Assembly (NCBI GenBank): GCA_963751345.1
Contig: CAVVUS010000015.1
Span: 1 to 26,814 of the forward strand
Length of the DNA stretch: 26,814 bases
Direction: 5' to 3'
From: an uncultured Chloroflexia bacterium
GTDB lineage: Bacteria; Chloroflexota; Anaerolineae; B4-G1; SLSP01
Part shown: positions 1 to 8,332 of the stretch, one piece after another
How positions within the stretch are numbered: the stretch's first letter is position 1
How the letters are laid out: each line of letters opens with the position of its first letter
Program-made: the position numbers and the translations under genes
The notes under the pieces: model-generated
The model's database searches: none
Told to the model about the DNA's origin: nothing
Seen by the model: only the letters and a program-made list of their open reading frames with translations

Positions 1-30
1 CAGCTCCACCCGCCGGGACAGCCGATCTAA
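1..30 (+). CDS. Possible 3' end of a gene entering from the left (...QLHPPGQPI*)
   Basis: Frame 1 is open from base 1 to TAA at 28-30. It would converge on the minus-strand operon across a REPIN-like element. Too short to identify. Confidence 0.25.
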   Translation, partial: QLHPPGQPI

Positions 31-96
31 GTGGCAAAGATCCCCGGCATCCTGACGTAAGGGCAATCGCAGTCGCGGCGATGCACATAGCGCTCT

Positions 97-243
97 GTGG
101 ACCGCGGGCGTCTCGCCCGCTCCGAGCGCACACAGGGCCCCCCAGAACACATAACCGCCTGCGCACACAGAGCATGTGCGCAGGCGGCGCCTTCTCTACC
201 AGTCCACGCTGTGCATAGAGCGGGCGAGACGCCCGCGGTCCAC
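97..243. repeat. REPIN-like element: 26-bp perfect inverted repeats with an internal 13-bp hairpin
   Basis: 97-122 GTGGACCGCGGGCGTCTCGCCCGCTC is the exact reverse complement of 218-243. Each arm contains the palindrome GCGGGCG-N3-CGCCCGC. Inner stem 155-167 pairs with 175-187. Confidence 0.85.
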
Positions 244-295
244 CGTACATCGTTAGCGCCGGGCATTGCCGAGGACGCCCCCGGCGTTTTCTTCG

Positions 296-2530
296 TCAGG
301 CGCGCGACGCGAGATCGAACTTCGCCTTCAAATCCTCGATGAGCTCCCGCGCCTTGTCCGCCGTGTCCGCCTCGGCGAAGATCCGGAGCACCGGCTCGGT
401 CCCCGAGAAGCGCATCAGCGCCCAGTTGTCGTTCGCCAACAGGAACTTGACCCCGTCGAGCGTCGACACGTGCTCGACCTCGTACGGACCGAGCCGAATC
501 GGGGTAGTGTCGTGTTCCTCGATCAGCGTCTCCAACCGCTTGGGGATGATGACGCGCATTTCGGGCGTCGCCGGAACATTGGCCTCCACCGAGACCAGAT
601 GCCCCGTGATCTCGTAGACGCGGGGCAGGAGTTGCGAGATCCGCTGCCCGGTCACAGCAAGCATCTCGACGATCAGCGCCGCCGCGAAGATGCCGTCCTT
701 GCCCAGGATGTGTCCCCGGATAGTCAGCCCGCCGCTGGACTCGCCCGCCAGCAGCGCGTCGTGCTCCACCATCGCCGCCGCGACGTGCTTGAAGCCCACC
801 GGCACCTCGTAGGCTGTTTCGCCGAGCTTGGTCGCCAGCCGGTCGAGCAGGTGCGTGGTCGCCAGGTTGCGGACCACCCCGCCCCGCTCCCCGCGGACCT
901 CGTGGAGATACCAGTAGATCAGCAGCAGGATGTCGTTGACCGTGACATACTCGCCGTTCTCGTCCACGATGGCGATGCGGTCGGCGTCGCCGTCGGTCGC
1001 CAGCCCCAGATCGTAGTGCTCGTCCCGCACGTGGGTCATCAGCAACCGCAAGCCCTCAAGATCGGGGGCGGGCGAGCGCCCGCCAAAGAGCGGGTTGTGC
1101 CGCTCGTTGATGAAGGCCACCCGACAGCGTGCCTCGGTCAGGATGATGCCGAGGGTTAGCTGGCTGACGCCGTACATCGGATCGACGATGACCCGCAGGC
1201 TTGCCTTGCGAATCGCGTCCAGGTTGATCAACGCCTCCACGGCGTCGACGTAGGCATTGGTGAAGTCCTGCAGTCGGACGACCCCGGCGTCGATCGCCAG
1301 ATCGAGGTCGAGCTTGACCACGTCCTCGATCCCCAGCGCATTGGCCTCGACCTCGATCGTGCGAACTTCCACATCCTGGAGCAGCGAACCGTCCATGCGA
1401 AACACCTTGAGCCCGTTCCACTCGGGAGGGTTGTGGCTCGCGGTGAAGACCAGGCCGTAGGAAGCGCCGACTGCAGCCGTGGCATAGGTCACCAACGGTG
1501 TAGGCGCGTCCTCCTCCAGCAGGATCGTCGTGATATTGTTGCCCGCGAAGACCTCCGCCGCCGCACGGGCGGCACGGTCCGACAGGAAGCGGCGGTCGTA
1601 GCCGATCAGCACACCGTTGCGCTCCTCGGCCCTGCGGGTGACCGCATTCGCCAACGCCTGGCAGAGCCGGCGGACGTTGTGAATCGTGAACCCCTCGCCG
1701 ATCACGGCGCGCCAGCCGCCGGTGCCGAACGCGATGACGTTCAGTTCCTCGTGGCGGCGGGGGCGAAAGATGCGTTTCTGCAGGATAAACGAGGCCTGAA
1801 TCAGGTTCTCACGCGTGTTGATGCCCAGCACCTCGTCCTGATCGTAGATCTGGTAACTCTCCACACGCATCCCACCGCGGATCAGGCGGTGTGCCGTGTC
1901 GGTCAGCCGGAAGTCGCCATCGACCGGAGAACGTGCCAGGGTCTCCAGCGTCGAGAAGATCGCGGGCGCCCTGACGATGTAGGCCCCGACGTTGAGTTCG
2001 CGGATCTCCCTTACCTCCGGTGATGCCTCCTCCTCCTCGATGATATCGATGATGCGTCCGCCGGCGTCACGGATGATACGCCCATAGGGGAGCGGCTCCT
2101 GGACCATCGCCGTCAGCAGCGTCAGGTGGGCGCCCTTGAGGCGGTGCCGGTTGAGCAACCCCCGGATCGACGAAGGGCGGAAGAGCGGGGTGTCGCCATA
2201 GAGGATCAGCAGGTCGCCCTGATAGTCCGACAACAACGCCTTGAGCTGCAGCACGGCGTGTCCGGTCCCGAGCTGGGTCTCCTGCACCACGTATCTGAGG
2301 CTAGGGTTCGCCAGATGCTGTTCGATCGCGCTGTCAGAGCGCGGTACCACGACGTAGAGATCCTCAGGCGCCACCACCTTCAGCGCGTTCTGAACCACGT
2401 AGTCGATGACTGCGTGGTCGCCGAGCGGCTGAAGGAGAATGGGTGTCCCATCCCCGGTAATGGTCTCCTGACCTGCCGCCAGAATCACGGCCTTCAGACC
2501 GCGCGACGCCTCGTCCTCGATCCTGTGCAT
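296..2530 (-). CDS. Fusion of a GlmU-like N-terminal nucleotidyltransferase domain and a phosphoglucomutase/phosphomannomutase (744 aa)
   Basis: ATG 2530 with GGGAGG RBS. N-terminal motifs LAAG, QxxQLGTGHAV, YGDTPL, YGRIIR, LTD, GINT. C-terminal FGTGGWR, phosphoserine loop TASHNP, metal loop DGDADR, GESSGG and RFSGTEP. Confidence 0.9.
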   Translation of the reverse strand: MHRIEDEASRGLKAVILAAGQETITGDGTPILLQPLGDHAVIDYVVQNALKVVAPEDLYVVVPRSDSAIEQHLANPSLRYVVQETQLGTGHAVLQLKALLSDYQGDLLILYGDTPLFRPSSIRGLLNRHRLKGAHLTLLTAMVQEPLPYGRIIRDAGGRIIDIIEEEEASPEVREIRELNVGAYIVRAPAIFSTLETLARSPVDGDFRLTDTAHRLIRGGMRVESYQIYDQDEVLGINTRENLIQASFILQKRIFRPRRHEELNVIAFGTGGWRAVIGEGFTIHNVRRLCQALANAVTRRAEERNGVLIGYDRRFLSDRAARAAAEVFAGNNITTILLEEDAPTPLVTYATAAVGASYGLVFTASHNPPEWNGLKVFRMDGSLLQDVEVRTIEVEANALGIEDVVKLDLDLAIDAGVVRLQDFTNAYVDAVEALINLDAIRKASLRVIVDPMYGVSQLTLGIILTEARCRVAFINERHNPLFGGRSPAPDLEGLRLLMTHVRDEHYDLGLATDGDADRIAIVDENGEYVTVNDILLLIYWYLHEVRGERGGVVRNLATTHLLDRLATKLGETAYEVPVGFKHVAAAMVEHDALLAGESSGGLTIRGHILGKDGIFAAALIVEMLAVTGQRISQLLPRVYEITGHLVSVEANVPATPEMRVIIPKRLETLIEEHDTTPIRLGPYEVEHVSTLDGVKFLLANDNWALMRFSGTEPVLRIFAEADTADKARELIEDLKAKFDLASRA

Positions 2531-2543
2531 GGCACCTCCCGCG

Positions 2544-3734
2544 CTACCAGTTCGTGTATGAGCCATCGCGCCGGTGCAGATGTGGGGCTTCCCATAGCTT
2601 GAGGGACTGCGCCCGGATGTAGTCTTCGTTGACGTCGACGCCCAGTCCCGGCCCGGTGGGCACCGGGAAGCTGCTGCCCTCCAGCTTCGGCTGCATCGGG
2701 AAGATCTCCTCCGACGGGTACTCCTGCGCCTCGGTCGGCGAGACCCTGACCTCCATCCAGGCGAAGTTCGGCACCGCGGCAGCCAGATGAATCGTGGCGG
2801 CGGCGCACACAGGCCCAAGGGGATTGTGCGGCATCAGATCGATGTAGTGCGCCTCGGCCCACCCGGCAACCTTCTTGGCCTCGGTCATGCCGCCGACGTT
2901 GCAGATGTCCACGCGGATGAAATTGGTGAGACCACGCTCGATGTAAGGCAGGAACTGCCACTTGCTGGCGAACTCCTCGCCGACCGCAAAGGGCACCCCG
3001 GTCATCTGCCGCAGTACCGCATAGGCCTCGGGCGACTCGTCACGGATCGGCTCCTCAAGGAAGTCGAGCGTCCCCGACGGCATGCGCTGGCAGAACGAGG
3101 CGGCCTCCGCCACACTCAACCGGTGGTGGTACTCGACGCCGAGCACCGGCCCCGGGCCCACAGCGGCGCGCACCCTGGGCAACCAGTCCGCCGTCACCCC
3201 AATGGACTCCCGCGGCTCGTAGAGCCTGCGGTCTTCGGCATCGGACTCGCGCCACCCCTGGTCGTTGCGGGTCAAACCCTGGGCAGCCCCAATGCGGATG
3301 ACGTTCCACCCGTGCGCCAACAGCAGGTTGACGTTTTCGAGCAACTGCTCGAACGAGCGACCGCCCGTCGTGGCGAAGCACGGCACAGAGTCGCGATGCT
3401 TACCGCCTAGGAGATCATAGACCGGGACACCCAGCGCCTTGCCGACGATGTCGTAAAGGGCGATGTCGATGGCGGAGATCGCGCCGGTCAAGATACGACC
3501 GCCCTCGAAATACTGGCTGCGGTACATCTCCTGCCACAACGCGTCTCGCTGCATCGGGTCGCGCCCGATCAGGAACTCCCGGTAGTGGTTAACCGCCCCG
3601 GCGACCGCCAACTCTCTGCCCGAAACGCCTGCCTCACCCCACCCGTAGATGCCCTCGTCCGTCTCAACCTTCACGAGGCACTGATTGCGATGCCCCACCC
3701 ACACAGGATACGGCTTGATGTCCGTAATCTTCAC
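2544..3734 (-). CDS. Mandelate racemase/enolase-superfamily acid-sugar dehydratase (DgoD/ManD-like)
   Basis: GTG start with GAGG RBS. Motifs VKVETDEGIYGWGE, SAIDIALYDIxGKALGVPVYxLLGG, metal ligands EYHHR/LEEP/GEE, PHNP, GPGLG and C-terminal DGSxxxW. Confidence 0.9.
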   Translation of the reverse strand: MKITDIKPYPVWVGHRNQCLVKVETDEGIYGWGEAGVSGRELAVAGAVNHYREFLIGRDPMQRDALWQEMYRSQYFEGGRILTGAISAIDIALYDIVGKALGVPVYDLLGGKHRDSVPCFATTGGRSFEQLLENVNLLLAHGWNVIRIGAAQGLTRNDQGWRESDAEDRRLYEPRESIGVTADWLPRVRAAVGPGPVLGVEYHHRLSVAEAASFCQRMPSGTLDFLEEPIRDESPEAYAVLRQMTGVPFAVGEEFASKWQFLPYIERGLTNFIRVDICNVGGMTEAKKVAGWAEAHYIDLMPHNPLGPVCAAATIHLAAAVPNFAWMEVRVSPTEAQEYPSEEIFPMQPKLEGSSFPVPTGPGLGVDVNEDYIRAQSLKLWEAPHLHRRDGSYTNW

Positions 3735-3752
3735 AATTCACCTCACTCTCTC

Positions 3753-3786
3753 ATTCTGCATTCTCTTATTCTTGATTCTGGATTCT
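3753..3786. repeat. Short tandem ~7-bp repeats (ATTCT core x5)
   Basis: ATTCT at 3753, 3760, 3768, 3775 and 3782 (spacing 7,8,7,7) in the intergenic gap. Confidence 0.6.
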
Positions 3787-4867
3787 AGACTCCCACTCCC
3801 CACCGCGACAGCCGCCGCAGAGCATCCTGCGCCATTTCCTCATCGGCGATGCCGCCCACCGTCACCCACGCCCCTTCGGGTCGCAGAACGTCCATCAGGT
3901 CATCCAGCTCCTCGGCGGGCACGTAGAGACAGAAGGCCTTGTGAGCGGCCTGGATGCGTTGGTAGATGGGAATCCAGTCGGACCAGTGGTCGTGTCCGGC
4001 ACCGGGGACCCACTGGATGGCGTGGATCTCGGGCAGCGCCAATAGCGTATCCAGGAACCGCAGGGCTTGAGGCCCGTCCAGGTGGTAGATGTTGCGGTCC
4101 ATGTGCCTGCACTCCCGCACGATCCCCGGCAGAAAGACCTCCTCATACATACGGTTGGAGACCATGCACGAGAAGTCATTCGAGGGCACGTGATACTTGC
4201 CGCGACAGGTGGCGTTGAGCCACGTCGTGCTGGGCATCCCGGCTGCCTTGAGCTTCCGATCATAGATATCGTACAGCTCGATGAAGTCGTCGGTGACGCG
4301 CTCGCAGAGCGCCTTGACGTCTTCCGGATGGTCGATCATGTCCACGCATAACCTCTGGGGATCGCGGAAGGCCGCGACTGCGTCACCGCCGGGATGCAGA
4401 TCGGTGTAGCCCACAATGAACGTGTCCCGTCCGGCCTCGATCAGGGCATCCATCATCTCCAGGATCTTGCGAAAGTAGAAGTTACTCTTGTCGAGATGGA
4501 GCTCTGTCAGTCGCTCCGGATCCCAGCTCTCCAGAATGGGCTCACTCCACGAGGTCGTCTCGCCATATTCCAGAGGGCAGCCGTAGAAGGCCGAGAAGAC
4601 CTCCGGGCCGAGGTTCGGCCAGGCTGTCGGCAGGGCATCCGCGTAGGCGACCTGGTTGGCGAGAATCGCCGCAGTTCGCGCGACGACAAACTCAGTATCC
4701 ATCCAACGCTCGCGCACGGACGTGTGCGCCTTCTCCGGTACGGGAACCTGCTCAGCGTATGGTTTGGCAAACGTCATCGAGACCAGAGGCCGATCGACGA
4801 TGTCGCAGGCCCACCAGGCCTCATAGCGGTCGAGGACTTGGTCGAAGTCCGGCTTCATACTGAACAT
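3785..4867 (-). CDS. Uroporphyrinogen decarboxylase/MtaA-like (URO-D superfamily) protein of unknown function
   Basis: 360 aa, tightly packed in the operon. Motifs NLGP, RDPQRLCVD, NDFSCMVS..YEEVFLP, YHLDG and QWVPGAG are typical of uncharacterised URO-D-like proteins. Confidence 0.7.
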   Translation of the reverse strand: MFSMKPDFDQVLDRYEAWWACDIVDRPLVSMTFAKPYAEQVPVPEKAHTSVRERWMDTEFVVARTAAILANQVAYADALPTAWPNLGPEVFSAFYGCPLEYGETTSWSEPILESWDPERLTELHLDKSNFYFRKILEMMDALIEAGRDTFIVGYTDLHPGGDAVAAFRDPQRLCVDMIDHPEDVKALCERVTDDFIELYDIYDRKLKAAGMPSTTWLNATCRGKYHVPSNDFSCMVSNRMYEEVFLPGIVRECRHMDRNIYHLDGPQALRFLDTLLALPEIHAIQWVPGAGHDHWSDWIPIYQRIQAAHKAFCLYVPAEELDDLMDVLRPEGAWVTVGGIADEEMAQDALRRLSRWGVGV

Positions 4868-4870
4868 CGA

Positions 4871-5854
4871 TCAGACCAGGGAATCCTCTTTGACGAAGTC
4901 GATGATGTCATCGACATAGCCAAAGGCCAGGGCAACGACTGTGTCGGCGCCGCCATAGTAGAGCGCGAGCCGCCCTGTCGGAGCGTCGCAGAGTGACGCG
5001 CAGGGGAAGACGACGTTGGGAACGTCGCCCACGTTCTCGTAGAGCGTCTTTGGCGAGAGCATATACCGTCGCGATCGCGCGATCACCTTCCACGGCTCGT
5101 CCAGGTCCAGGAGCGCGGCGCCCGCGGCGTAGACAAAGCCATTGCACGAGGTCAGGACCCCGTGGTAGATCAGCAGCCATCCCTCGGACGTCTCGATCGG
5201 GATCGGCCCGGCGCCGACTTTGGTGCTTTGCCAACTATTCGCGGTCCCGAAGACGTACCGGTGGTTGCCCCAGAAGTGCATATCCGGGCTCTCGCTGTAG
5301 AAGATGTCACCGAAAGGCGTGTGCCCGTTGTCGCTGGGGCGGCTCAGCATGGCATAGCGACCGTTCACCTTCCTGGGGAAAAGCACGCCGTTGCGGTTGA
5401 AGGGCAGGAAGGCATTTTCGAGCTGGGTGAAAGTCTCGAAGTCGTGCGTGTAGGCCACACCGATCGTCGGGCCGTGGAACCAGTTGCACCACGTGACGTA
5501 ATAGCGATCCTCGATCCAGACGACGCGGGGATCGTAGCCATAGACGAACCTGCCGACCTCGGGATCGTCGCAGACGAAGTGGATGCGATCGCGGCCTAGC
5601 TCCCACGTGATCCCGTCTTCACTCCGGCCCGCGTGGAGCCGCATCTCTCGGCCCATATCGTCGACGCGGAAGACGCCGGCAAACGCCCCCTGATAGGGCA
5701 CCACGGCGCTGTTGAAGATGCTATTGGACCCCGGAATGTGGTCGCGTGGAATCACGGGGTTGCCCGTGTACCGCCACATAGCGCCTCGCGTGCCTTCCGG
5801 CCTGTCCTCCCAGGGGATATTGGGCAGGGGATCGCCGACAATCTGTACTGTCAT
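4871..5854 (-). CDS. Glycoside hydrolase family 130 beta-mannoside phosphorylase (beta-1,4-mannooligosaccharide phosphorylase-like)
   Basis: ATG 5854 with AAGGAGG RBS. Motifs [60 protein letters not shown] and YYGGAD. Confidence 0.93.
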   Translation of the reverse strand: MTVQIVGDPLPNIPWEDRPEGTRGAMWRYTGNPVIPRDHIPGSNSIFNSAVVPYQGAFAGVFRVDDMGREMRLHAGRSEDGITWELGRDRIHFVCDDPEVGRFVYGYDPRVVWIEDRYYVTWCNWFHGPTIGVAYTHDFETFTQLENAFLPFNRNGVLFPRKVNGRYAMLSRPSDNGHTPFGDIFYSESPDMHFWGNHRYVFGTANSWQSTKVGAGPIPIETSEGWLLIYHGVLTSCNGFVYAAGAALLDLDEPWKVIARSRRYMLSPKTLYENVGDVPNVVFPCASLCDAPTGRLALYYGGADTVVALAFGYVDDIIDFVKEDSLV

Positions 5855-5917
5855 CAAGGCCTCCTTGTGTGAAAGTGTTGTACGAACCGGGAATCCAGCA
5901 CCTGGGGATGGAATTGC

Positions 5918-6894
5918 TCAGACCCATTGTGCCCGACCGGGATAGGTCACCTCAAGATCGGGCGCAGGATAACCCGCGCGAATAGCATCCTGGAGCTGAC
6001 GATTCCGGTCCACATAAGCGTCCAGCGGGTCGAGGCTGGAAACGGTCCACAATCTCCGCCAGCGTCAGGTCGTCCCGATTAGCCTCCAACGTGAACATCC
6101 CTTCCTCGTGCCACGTTCGCAGCGTGATATCGGGCCCGTAGGTCTTGTGCAGGTCGGGAATCACCCCGGCGTTGAAGTCGCAGTGGAAGAGTCCGACGTC
6201 TAGGTTCAGCGTGTGGGCGGTCACGGGATCGTACCACCCGGTCTTCGCAAGCTCCTCACCCATGATATCGAGCACGCGACCATACCGGGACAGCACGGAG
6301 GAGACCACATAGTAGCGATGGAGCCAGGCGTAGATGCTCAGGTGCTTTCCGCCATCGTACGCCGAACACCAGAAGACGATCTCCGCTCCCTTGCGCTTGA
6401 GCTCGGCCCAGGACTCAGGATACATAATATCGAAGCAGATCTGGATCCCGATCCGCCCGAAGTCGGTCTCGAAGACCGGCAGATCTTCCCCGGGAGTGAT
6501 GCCCAACTCCAAGCTCTTGAACTCGGCCCCCTGCACGACCGGATGGATCTTGGCGTAGCGCCCCGCAATCTGTCCCTGCCGATCGATGAGCACGGCGTCG
6601 TTCGTAATGTGGCTACCGTGGATGCCGATCAGGGGACAGATGATGTAGCAGCCGTGGTCACGGGCATAACTTGCGACCAGATCCGTCGTAGGACCGGGAA
6701 TCGGTTCGGCGACCTCAGCCGGCGACGTGTAGGGCACGCCCTGCGACACGAAGGTCTCAGGCAAGCGCAATGATGTCCGGCCTCTCGGCTACAGCCTGAT
6801 CCAGGAGACCACGGACTCTGGTGCGGTTGTCCGCGACGGTAGGACCACCCTTGTATTGCCACGACACCGTGGCAACTCTGACTTTCCGTGCCAT
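5918..6894 (-). CDS. Carbon-nitrogen hydrolase (nitrilase/amidase family), reconstructed across two apparent +1 frameshifts (~6765, ~6040)
   Basis: ATG 6894 with GGAGG RBS gives MARKVRVATVSW...PDIIA, continued by LPETF. Triad E (LPE), K (YAKIHP), C (ICFD). An alternative frame gives a natural C-terminus ...LDAYVDRNRQLQ...AQWV* ending at 5918. Confidence 0.8.
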
Positions 6895-7021
6895 CCACAC
6901 CTCCTCTGGGGCAATTTGGCTGCGTTTCTTCCGGCGCTGCCGGTCGACAGCCGAGGCGTATCCACTTCACGGCCATTATACTGCCATCCCGATGCGCTGC
7001 CATGACACAGGGAGTGGCAGT

Positions 7022-7050
7022 TTGCGCTATCTCCGAATGCAGTGTACACT
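7022..7050 (+). promoter_or_regulatory. Putative sigma70-type promoter of sor
   Basis: TTGCGC (7022-7027)-N17-TACACT (7045-7050). A divergent TATAAT on the minus strand at 6975-6980 may serve the carbohydrate operon. Confidence 0.5.
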
Positions 7051-7152
7051 CTAAATGCGGGACAGGAGCCGGCCGACGCGTGTGGGCCATCGCGAAGGTG
7101 TGCGGCTGCGACTCAATCAAAGCGTTCAACTAAGCAACGGGAGGATATACCA

Positions 7153-7545
7153 ATGAAGATCGGTGATGCCATACAGTCTGCGGATTGGAAAAGCGAGAAG
7201 CACGTACCTGTGGTCGAGGCCCCGGACAGTGTCAAGGCCGGCGAACCCTTTATGGTCAATGTGAGCGTTGGCAAGGAGATTCCTCATCCCAACACCACGG
7301 CCCACCACATCGTGTACATTGATGTCTTCTTCAAGCCGGACGGCGACAAGTTTCTTTATCAGGTCGGGCACTTCGATTTCGCCGGACATGGCGCCTCGGC
7401 CAAGGGTGCGGACACGGGCCCGGTCTACACCCACCCGAACGCGACCTTCTCCATGACCGTCTCCCAGCCTGGTACCCTCGTGGCTGTGGAGCAGTGCAAT
7501 ATCCATGGACTCTGGGAAGGCAGCAAGGAACTCAAGATCGCGTAG
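7153..7545 (+). CDS. sor: 1Fe superoxide reductase (neelaredoxin/desulfoferrodoxin ferrous domain)
   Basis: ATG 7153 after GGGAGG. Iron ligands in EKHVP, PHPNTTAHHI and CNIHG. No N-terminal desulforedoxin domain. Confidence 0.92.
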   Translation: MKIGDAIQSADWKSEKHVPVVEAPDSVKAGEPFMVNVSVGKEIPHPNTTAHHIVYIDVFFKPDGDKFLYQVGHFDFAGHGASAKGADTGPVYTHPNATFSMTVSQPGTLVAVEQCNIHGLWEGSKELKIA

Positions 7546-7585
7546 CCGGGCGCGAGGATTTGAGCTGGTTCTGGCAAGATGTGTA

Positions 7586-7617
7586 GATGAGAGCCGGGGG
7601 CCTCCCCGGCTCTCATC
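7586..7617 (+). terminator. Hairpin after sor, probable terminator or RNA-stability stem
   Basis: 14-bp perfect stem GATGAGAGCCGGGG / CCCCGGCTCTCATC with a 4-nt loop. No clear U-tract. Confidence 0.6.
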
Positions 7618-7626
7618 CGTAATGGC

Positions 7627-7654
7627 TTGCGTGCCGCGTGTTTTATGCTATACT
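7627..7654 (+). promoter_or_regulatory. Putative promoter of the ferritin-like/peroxiredoxin genes
   Basis: TTGCGT-N16-TATACT with extended -10 TG (TGCTATACT). Confidence 0.5.
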
Positions 7655-7806
7655 TTTCTCAGTAATCAATCAAATCGGCCATTACCGTTTAGGGATGCCC
7701 GTGAGTGAGCACGCGAGTAGCCATTGTGTCGCCGGACTTGTTTGTTCAAATTCATGAATCTAAAATACCCCTATCTTGAACCCTATGAATGATAAGGAGG
7801 CGTGCC

Positions 7807-8286
7807 GTGAGTCTGATCGATGTGTTGGCTGAAGCGCTGAAGCTCGAGCTGGATGGGCGGGAGTTCTACACGCGGATGGTCGGGCGTATGGAGGACGAGG
7901 CCGGAAAAGCAATGTTCCAGCAGCTTGCAGAGGATGAGACAGACCATTACGCGTACATCAAGCGCCAGTACGACGCGTTGCAGGCCGGCAAAGGCTGGGC
8001 GGCGATTCCCGAGATGGACCTGGTCACGTCAATTGACGCTGTGTCAGTCGTCTTCCCACCCGATGAGAAGGGGCTGAAAGACCTGCCAGACGAACCCACC
8101 GAAGAGGACGCTCTGCTCTTTGGGCTCAACATCGAGGACGTGAGCTTCAAGCTCTACTACAACAACTCAGAGCGAACCAATGATCCGGAGGCAAAGCAAC
8201 TGTTCATGCAGTTGGCGAGCGCCGAACAGAGGCACTTTGAGATCCTTATGCAGCGATACGAATCGCGGTTTCACTATCCGAGGTAG
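7807..8286 (+). CDS. Ferritin-like diiron protein (rubrerythrin/erythrin family, no rubredoxin domain)
   Basis: GTG 7807 after AAGGAGG. Two repeats of A/G..xE....FY/LY followed by LAxxExxH (EDETDH, SAEQRH). Confidence 0.85.
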   Translation: MSLIDVLAEALKLELDGREFYTRMVGRMEDEAGKAMFQQLAEDETDHYAYIKRQYDALQAGKGWAAIPEMDLVTSIDAVSVVFPPDEKGLKDLPDEPTEEDALLFGLNIEDVSFKLYYNNSERTNDPEAKQLFMQLASAEQRHFEILMQRYESRFHYPR

Positions 8287-8332
8287 GATCCCAGAGGCCT
8301 CAACACGATAATGTTGGACATGGAGGCCAAAT

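Noticed and set aside
1-88. Minus-strand ORF MCIAATAIALTSGC... resembling a lipoprotein signal running off the left edge
   Set aside because: No RBS or basic n-region and it abuts the REPIN; cannot be separated from chance.
2531-2818. 96-aa N-terminal extension of the 840-aa ORF
   Set aside because: Overlaps the dehydratase gene in another frame and is low-complexity Arg/Ser; a good RBS precedes ATG 2530.
7740-7790. PerR/Fur, Rex or CsoR box upstream of the ferritin-like gene
   Set aside because: AT-rich, but only half-site resemblances (TTGTTCA, ATACCCC); no convincing palindrome.
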